A stretch of DNA of 64,000 nucleotides from Eledone cirrhosa. Taxonomy: Eukaryota. Made by a program: the position numbers and the translations under genes. The stretch spans positions 75,764,001 to 75,828,000 of the forward strand of contig OZ024746.1 of assembly GCA_964016885.1 (NCBI GenBank), in the 5' to 3' direction. The notes below the pieces were generated by a model. That model did no database searches and was not told where the DNA came from. It saw only the letters and a program-made list of their open reading frames with translations. This document shows positions 57,645-64,000 of the stretch, piece by piece. Position 1 is the stretch's first letter, and each line of letters opens with the position of its first letter.

Positions 57645-58678
57645 CTTTTCAGGAAAAATCAATCCTTTAATCCTTTCCTTACCCTATTTCTAATGAAAGA
57701 CACTATCTATAATTTTCAAATAATTTTGAAAATATTCAAGAATTTGTAGGAATTTAATAATATAACTAACTTTCTCATTATCAAACTGGTGTTTGCAGCA
57801 TAACTCAACAAAAGATTTTACACAGAATCATGATAGAAAGTTTTTAGATAAATATAAATCCTTTAAAATAAAATTTGTATCACAGCCACAGAGGCAGTTT
57901 CAGGTAACTTGTTATTTAAAGGATTAAGTTTTTTACATAGTTCATTTAGCATAGTTTTTCTCTTTCATCGCAATATTTAGATATTTTTCTTTTCTTTTTT
58001 ATAGCTAAATCCTAGCAAATATTTCTACTACTATATTTCAATCAACTGTTATCTTGTTTGATATATGAAGATGCTGGAAACTCTTTTATAAATTTGTACA
58101 GGTTTAATAAGAATGCAAAATCATCTTCCACCAAATAGTGAAGAGAAATGCTTAATAATATCAGTTCATAAGAAATATTTCACAATTATTCTACCATACA
58201 GGGTTATATCTGTTCTGTAGAACATTTTTCTTTATTCTTTAAAAGATGATAAATATTGGTGATGTATCTGATGTAAAACATTCTTTTATGCCAATGTTAT
58301 CTGATCTTCTGAAATAACAGAGAAACAGTATAAGATATAGAACATAGTTAAAAGGTGAAAATTCAACAGTGGAAATTTTATTAGATTTATATATCAATAA
58401 ACTGTAGATATAAATAGAATATAACAAGTTCAGAAACTAATTCTTGAGATATCAAATGTCTTGTACACTGAGTCTGATTGAACTCAAATTGCAATGTTTT
58501 AAATAGAGATGACTCATTAGTGACTTCATCTTTGCATAAGGGTGCATAGCCTTAGGATGTTGGATTCATAATCATAATATTGTGGGTTTGATTCCTGGAC
58601 CAAGTGGCATGTTGTGTTCTTGAGCAAGATGCTCCATTTCATGATAGGACTGTGGGTTTCCCAATCATTGAAGGAAGA

Positions 58679-59096
58679 GGCTATTTTGCCGGTCCTGGTA
58701 AAATAGACCCACAGGTTATTTTGCCGGTAAGAGTGTCAGGACAACTGATTTGCAGCATAGAGTTGTGGCCCTTTGCGGTCTGAGTTCAAATCCTGCCAAG
58801 GTTAGCTTTGCCTTTCAGCCTTAATAAAATAAAGCACCAGTAATGCGCTAGGGTCGATTTAATTAACTTTTCCCTCTCCCCAAATTGATAGCCTTGTACC
58901 TAAATCAGAAACCATTATTATGAAGACAGGTAATGTTAAAAATACAGCACAGATTTAAGACAAGTCTATTTATTTTCACCACCAATTATTAAGACAATTT
59001 AAACCCTAACCGCACACTAACACTATTTATATTTACCGGGGACTGGTAAAATAAGATTAAAAAGCATTTTATTTTACTGGGACCGGCAAAGTAGCC
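58679..59096. mobile_element. Non-autonomous inverted-repeat element (MITE- or Helentron-like) with a nested SINE
   Basis: GGCTATTTTGCCGGTCCTGGTAAAATA (58679-58705) pairs with 59070-59096; internal copies of the motif and an AACCCTAACC tract. Confidence 0.6.
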
Positions 59097-59329
59097 CATT
59101 CAATTTGAAAGGTAACTACACATAGGAAGCCAGATAAACCTGCATAGAAGGGAGTTATAAATTTCATTTCATTTCATCCTCTGTAACGCTGAACGACAAT
59201 TTAGACCCACTCCTCTCACGCAAGTTGAACTGGTTCTTTCTGAGCACTTCCTTACTATCCTCCAGGGTAACACATTCGCCATACTGTTCACCGGGACTAC
59301 GAAACAACATATATCTAATGTTTTGCAAA

Positions 59330-59580
59330 GGAGAGAGAATGGAGTAAATAAAATAAAATCAAAACGAAGAGACATAGATGAACAACAATCACCACCGAGA
59401 ATATCACATGTGTGACAAAAGAGCTTTGATGATCAAATATGAAAACTAAATAACCATCAGATTATTAAACTAAACGAGAAATGAATTAGTTACCTAACTA
59501 AAAATAAAACCGTAGTGAAACTCATTTCGTGTTTTTAATGTCAGCATGATCCTCCCAAAATTTAACAATATCTGTTTTTG
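59330..59580 (+). mobile_element. Old Penelope-like pLTR with decayed hammerhead (59388-59433)
   Basis: ATCACCA-ccgagaa-t-ATCACA..TGTGAC-aAAA-GAGC-TT-TGATGAT, then ATGATCCTCCCAAAATTTAACAATA; homologous to the 21.5 kb and 33.9 kb copies. Confidence 0.6.
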
Positions 59581-59589
59581 GTGGTCTTC

Positions 59590-60200
59590 TCAATCAGGAC
59601 GAGCTCTACAACTCCATTGCACTCAGAGGGGGAGTCGATGTCTGTGGGAGTTTGAGATGTCGCTGGGGTAGGTCCTTCGACTCCACATACCTACATGGTT
59701 TGTCCTGCTATCTGAATGCTGGTCGTTTCGCCCACCACGCCGAGCTAAATCTGATCATTAAAGGGGCCCTAGTTCAGGTAAATATCCTCTCAGTTCTGAA
59801 GCCGGCTGGATTATCTAGAAGTGATGGGAAGAGACCAAAGGGCCTTACCCTTTGTCCCCGAGTAAGAGACAGGTGTCTCATCTGGGACGCCACAGTCAGT
59901 GACTCTTTTGCTTACTCCCACATCATGGATACCGCTGTAAAAGTGGGGGCTACTGCTTCCGCCGAAGAACGGAATAAATTCCGGAGATATCGGGAACTAT
60001 CTAACAATTATTTTTTCCAACCGGTGGTGACCAAGACGTTTGGTGGAGTTGGGCGGCTGAGAGCGAAGTTCTTGTCATTGCCTTATTATGGTGTCAGGTA
60101 GCGTTCGTGAGGGTGCCTGGTTGTTTCAAGCGCCTTAGCCTCACTATCACCCGTGGTGAAGCTGCATATTGGCTTTCCTCCAAATATTCCGTTGACCCTT
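59590..60200 (+). mobile_element. CRE-like non-LTR retrotransposon C-terminal fragment (zinc knuckle plus restriction-like endonuclease)
   Basis: HGLSC..RFAHHAELN..GLSRSDGKRP(K)GLTL..CLIWDATV..AEERNK.RRY..L..FQPV..KTFG. Confidence 0.75.
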
Positions 60201-62199
60201 GTGACGTGCAGCTGAATGTCCCACTTTGTAGTGAATTGATGGTCGTCCCCCACCCCTTTTGTTTTCTTTCTCTAGCTCTGGTCATATATTTGTGAGGTTC
60301 CTAACAATAGTTAATCGTATTTGTTATATGTATTTATATTTTCATTCTAAAAGAATTGCGAGCAATTTGAAATGTTATTTATGCAAATATTTAAAACTTT
60401 ATAAAAAAAAATATATGTATAAATATATATATATATATATATATGGCATTTTAACTTGCAGAAATCACTGAAAGATGCCCGTGATCGAAGGATTAACGTA
60501 TATTCTCATAGTACAGTCGCCAGTAAAATATACGGCCAAATTTTGCACATTCGTCTTTCCCCACTCTTGCTCTACAGGTGCTCCCTATACTCTGCTAAGT
60601 CTATGGATATAGTAGATAAATATGATTACCTTTTTAAAACCTTTACAATTCATGCTAAATAGATCATTGTTTCAATGGATACGAATAACTTTTATTTGCT
60701 ATTCTGCTAAAATTATAGCAGCGAGGAATCAACATCCGGTTGAGCATGCGCTCGCACACACCTGCATATTTATTTTAAAAGAGATTTTTTAAGGTTTTCC
60801 CTTAACAAACTGTTTTTCGTTTTGTTTGTTTCTGTTCGTTGTCTTGTCCTTTCTTTGTTAATTTTTCTAAAGTTTTTATATACATACTTCAACAGCATTC
60901 AAATCAAAGTGTGTATACATTTTTGGGGACACTTTATATACTTATTTAAACACACACGAACATATCTTTTTTCTTCTTTTCATTTCCTTTTTTGTTCTGT
61001 GATAGTGTTTTGTTTTTATGATACTATTCAATTGGTTTTACACATCTTCAAATTTTAAATAAACTACTTTTATCTAAAAAAAAAATAAAGCAACAAACTA
61101 CATAAATAAATCTATATATGTTTATGTATTTGTTTTGCGAGATTCTTTATGTGAAACTCGACCATCCTCAAATATAAACAATAAATCAATATGTGTGTGT
61201 GTGTATGCAGGATATTTCTAGATAAAAGGCTTAGGAAAACAATGCCCAATCTAGTACAAGAGAGGTTATTTAGTTTATATTAAAATGTCATACACTTAAC
61301 ATGTATGCTCAACTTTAGGTTTCAGGGTCCAGTTATGGTCACCGCTGTATTGTGGAGGAGCCATTCTAAAGCTGGCCTCACTCGTCAGGTGCAAGAATAA
61401 ACATTTAAAGACCCCCCCCCCCAACTTGCCTCACACTAACACACGCCAGAAAACAAAAACCAGAACCCACAACAAATTCAGACACATCTACAACACCAAC
61501 ACCACAACCATAGTTGCATCTAATGTTTTCAAGAGCTCAGTACCTGTAGGCTGAAAGGAGCACTTTCCTATGGTGCTCTTGATATTGAGGGTTGCTATGG
61601 ATTTGTGGGGCTCCAAAATGACCCTTGGATGGTACTCCCCACTATCGTTACTTGTTATCTTTCTTTTTACATGCTTTTATATGTGAATCCCACTGTCCTT
61701 GTTTTTGTATTGCCTATAATGTTTTCGGTCCTAGTGAGCAATAAAGAAACCATTATTAGTAAACTCTACAGGCATGGAAGTGCCATCAGCCAGGCCTGTC
61801 CAGGATATATGCAGGGCAACAAAACCATCCGCATGCACGCGCTATGTGTCCAAGCATTGCTGACATGTGAGTTTATGTCAAACACCTGCTGTCACATGTG
61901 GGGCAGATCTGACTTAGCTGAGTCACTATATCAACACCATCCACAACATAGTCATTATAATCGCTTGCACTCTTATTCGTGTTTTCTGTACCACCATTTC
62001 GACTTTACTGATGCTTCTACACCTAACCAGCCTTCCATTAGCTGCCCTTATACTGCTCATCTAATTTGTGAAGTCACTAGAGTAGTTGTGCAGCTTGTAT
62101 CCAGGAAGGCTTTCATGCCCTCTTCCTCTCTAGAACCTCAATGCTGAGCATCAGATGCAGGAACGTCTACTCGTTTGTAAGAGTAGCTACCAGCATAAA

Positions 62200-62880
62200 A
62201 GCCTTATTTGGTTGATTTCCTTGACTTGTACTAAATGGCAATATGACCTGCCTGGTTACATCAGTTGCATATAACCCCAGGCTTCAGTTCTTTATGGTCC
62301 CTAACCAGGTGTGGACCTCAACATCTGAAGCATTGTTCATGGTTGCTCCTTCCCTGATCCCCAGTCTTTGTTATTAACCAATTGCTGCTTCATTCTGTTA
62401 AACACTCTGCCATACAGTTCTGCTCATTTAACATGAACTCTTTAGTTCTAGCCACTAATTCATCCATAGTTGTAAGATACCCAGCAACTTCACTGATATA
62501 TGATTGACTAAGATGTTCACAAACTCCAACTTCACTGCTTATTCCAGAGTACCTAGCTAACCCAGCTGTGAAAATGTCCACCTGCACTCCCATTCATTTT
62601 TCACTTCCTAGCACATAAAAACAATGAACGCTTCCTTCAATCGACATTTGATTTTTCTCTGTATCTAGCTGGTTGTTCTTGTTGATTCCTAATAAAAGAG
62701 CCAGTATGCTTCCCTCTAAGTATAGAGCCATGAGACCTGCCATCCTTGCTATTATCACCAGCTTAATTTTCCTAATCCAAACAGCCATATCTCCCTTGCC
62801 AAAGAACAATCTGAGAACATCATTGGTCTTATTTTCGCCAATATATTTGAATGCTCTAAAGATAATACATATCACCTTGG
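62200..62880 (-). mobile_element. Gypsy-like gag remnant
   Basis: FFGKGDMAVWIRKIKLV..LYLEGS.LAL; two decayed knuckles CFRC*GPHLVRD and CN*CNQAGHIA. Confidence 0.65.
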
Positions 62881-64000
62881 TATTATCAGATTACTTCAGT
62901 TACTGAAGAGGTCTTGTGTTATAAACATGTTGATCTAGAAATTATTGGCTGGTTTCAAAAGGGAATAAGCAACAAACAAGTATTGAAATTGTGATTGACA
63001 TCATCAAGTTTCATCTGGAATAACCCTGAAAAGAATTTCTAGATATTTCTTTCAAAACTTAAGAAATCACCATTTGAATAATTTAGACAAATAACTATTG
63101 GAAATATTTTGTTTTTATTAATTAAGCAAAATATTTAATTCAAATTGGTAATATAGACTTCGCATTTTTCTTTTTCTTTTTTTTTTTTGTACATCAAAAC
63201 TAATTGTGAATCAGCTTTTAAATTGACAGACAGTACCAAGGTTCTTTTCCAGAATTAAACTTTGGTTAAAGAAAAATGTTGATGATGTTTATAATTAATG
63301 TGATTGATAATGATAATTTTTAAAAGTGAGAATATTAATTTTCAAGTGATAAAACTTTAAAGTTAAGACTTCTAATATTGAAGAATAAGAAGAAAGGCCT
63401 ACAACACTCTAAGGGTTTCAGTGAGTTTCCATTGAAAAGCTAAAGATTTTCATAGCCAAGACTTAGCCTTCAATGGCCTGCCAGTTCTCCTATTCATACA
63501 TTCCATACGATGGTACATTTTCATCATATGTTAATAGAAGTTTCATTTGCTTGCAGTGTAGAATTGTCTGAAGACATCATAAAGCCATTTTAGTCTATCT
63601 TTCTTAGAAGATGGGACATTTCCACCCTTGAAATCAATTAGCAGAGATAAACACATATCTGATCAGAGATGGATTAAGGTTGTATGGGGCTTTTGGCTGA
63701 AAATTTTATCAGGAATATTATGGTAGCATAACCAAAATTAATTAGAGGCCCTATAAATGTCTTTGATTAGGCAAAGTCAAGCAATTGATCCTATTTATCA
63801 CGTGTGAGATAAATAAAATATTCATTTTTTTAGTGATTCAAGAATATAAAGTTAAAAAGGAATCAAACAAAGTGTAGTCTCCCTCTACACTTATTTACAT
63901 TTTTTTTTTGTTGGTTTATTTCTACCATTATCAGAAGCAGATAGGGTATAATTGAATGAATTGATCCCAGTATACCACTGGTGCTAACTTTATCAGCATC

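Noticed and set aside
61605-62147. 180-aa ORF
   Set aside because: Runs across repeat fragments; no recognisable domain.
62896-62952. CTGAAGA...GAAA hammerhead-like motif
   Set aside because: Extra bases before GAAA and no NUH in register with stem I; at most a relic.

Overview
AT-rich eukaryotic (animal) genomic DNA. The tandem cluster of fingers-only C2H2 zinc-finger genes, the kb-scale (TA)n arrays and the SINE/RTE content point to a cephalopod such as Octopus (inference, not verified). There are six C2H2-ZNF genes, each with a single coding exon. Five are paralogues sharing an MEEE/MEED start, a conserved 3' splice acceptor and a conserved promoter/non-coding first-exon module with a CTCF-like CCACTAGAGGCGC motif; the sixth belongs to a different family. 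Around them lie decayed mobile elements: a Tc1/mariner (maT-like) element, RTE LINEs, tRNA-derived SINEs, Gypsy gag remnants, a CRE-like fragment and MITEs. The most striking signal is absent from the ORF track. A ~19.5 kb (TA)n-rich block (19.65-39.35 kb), bracketed by ~260 bp inverted repeats and apparently inside one ZNF intron, holds nine type I hammerhead-ribozyme cores (CUGANGA-stem II-GAAA-stem III-NUH) from several Penelope-like element families. Most of these sit in or next to fold-back (palindromic) structures. Two long hairpins (one inside the block, one at 15.2 kb) are centred exactly on the ribozyme's stem II. All calls were made by eye; no searches were run.
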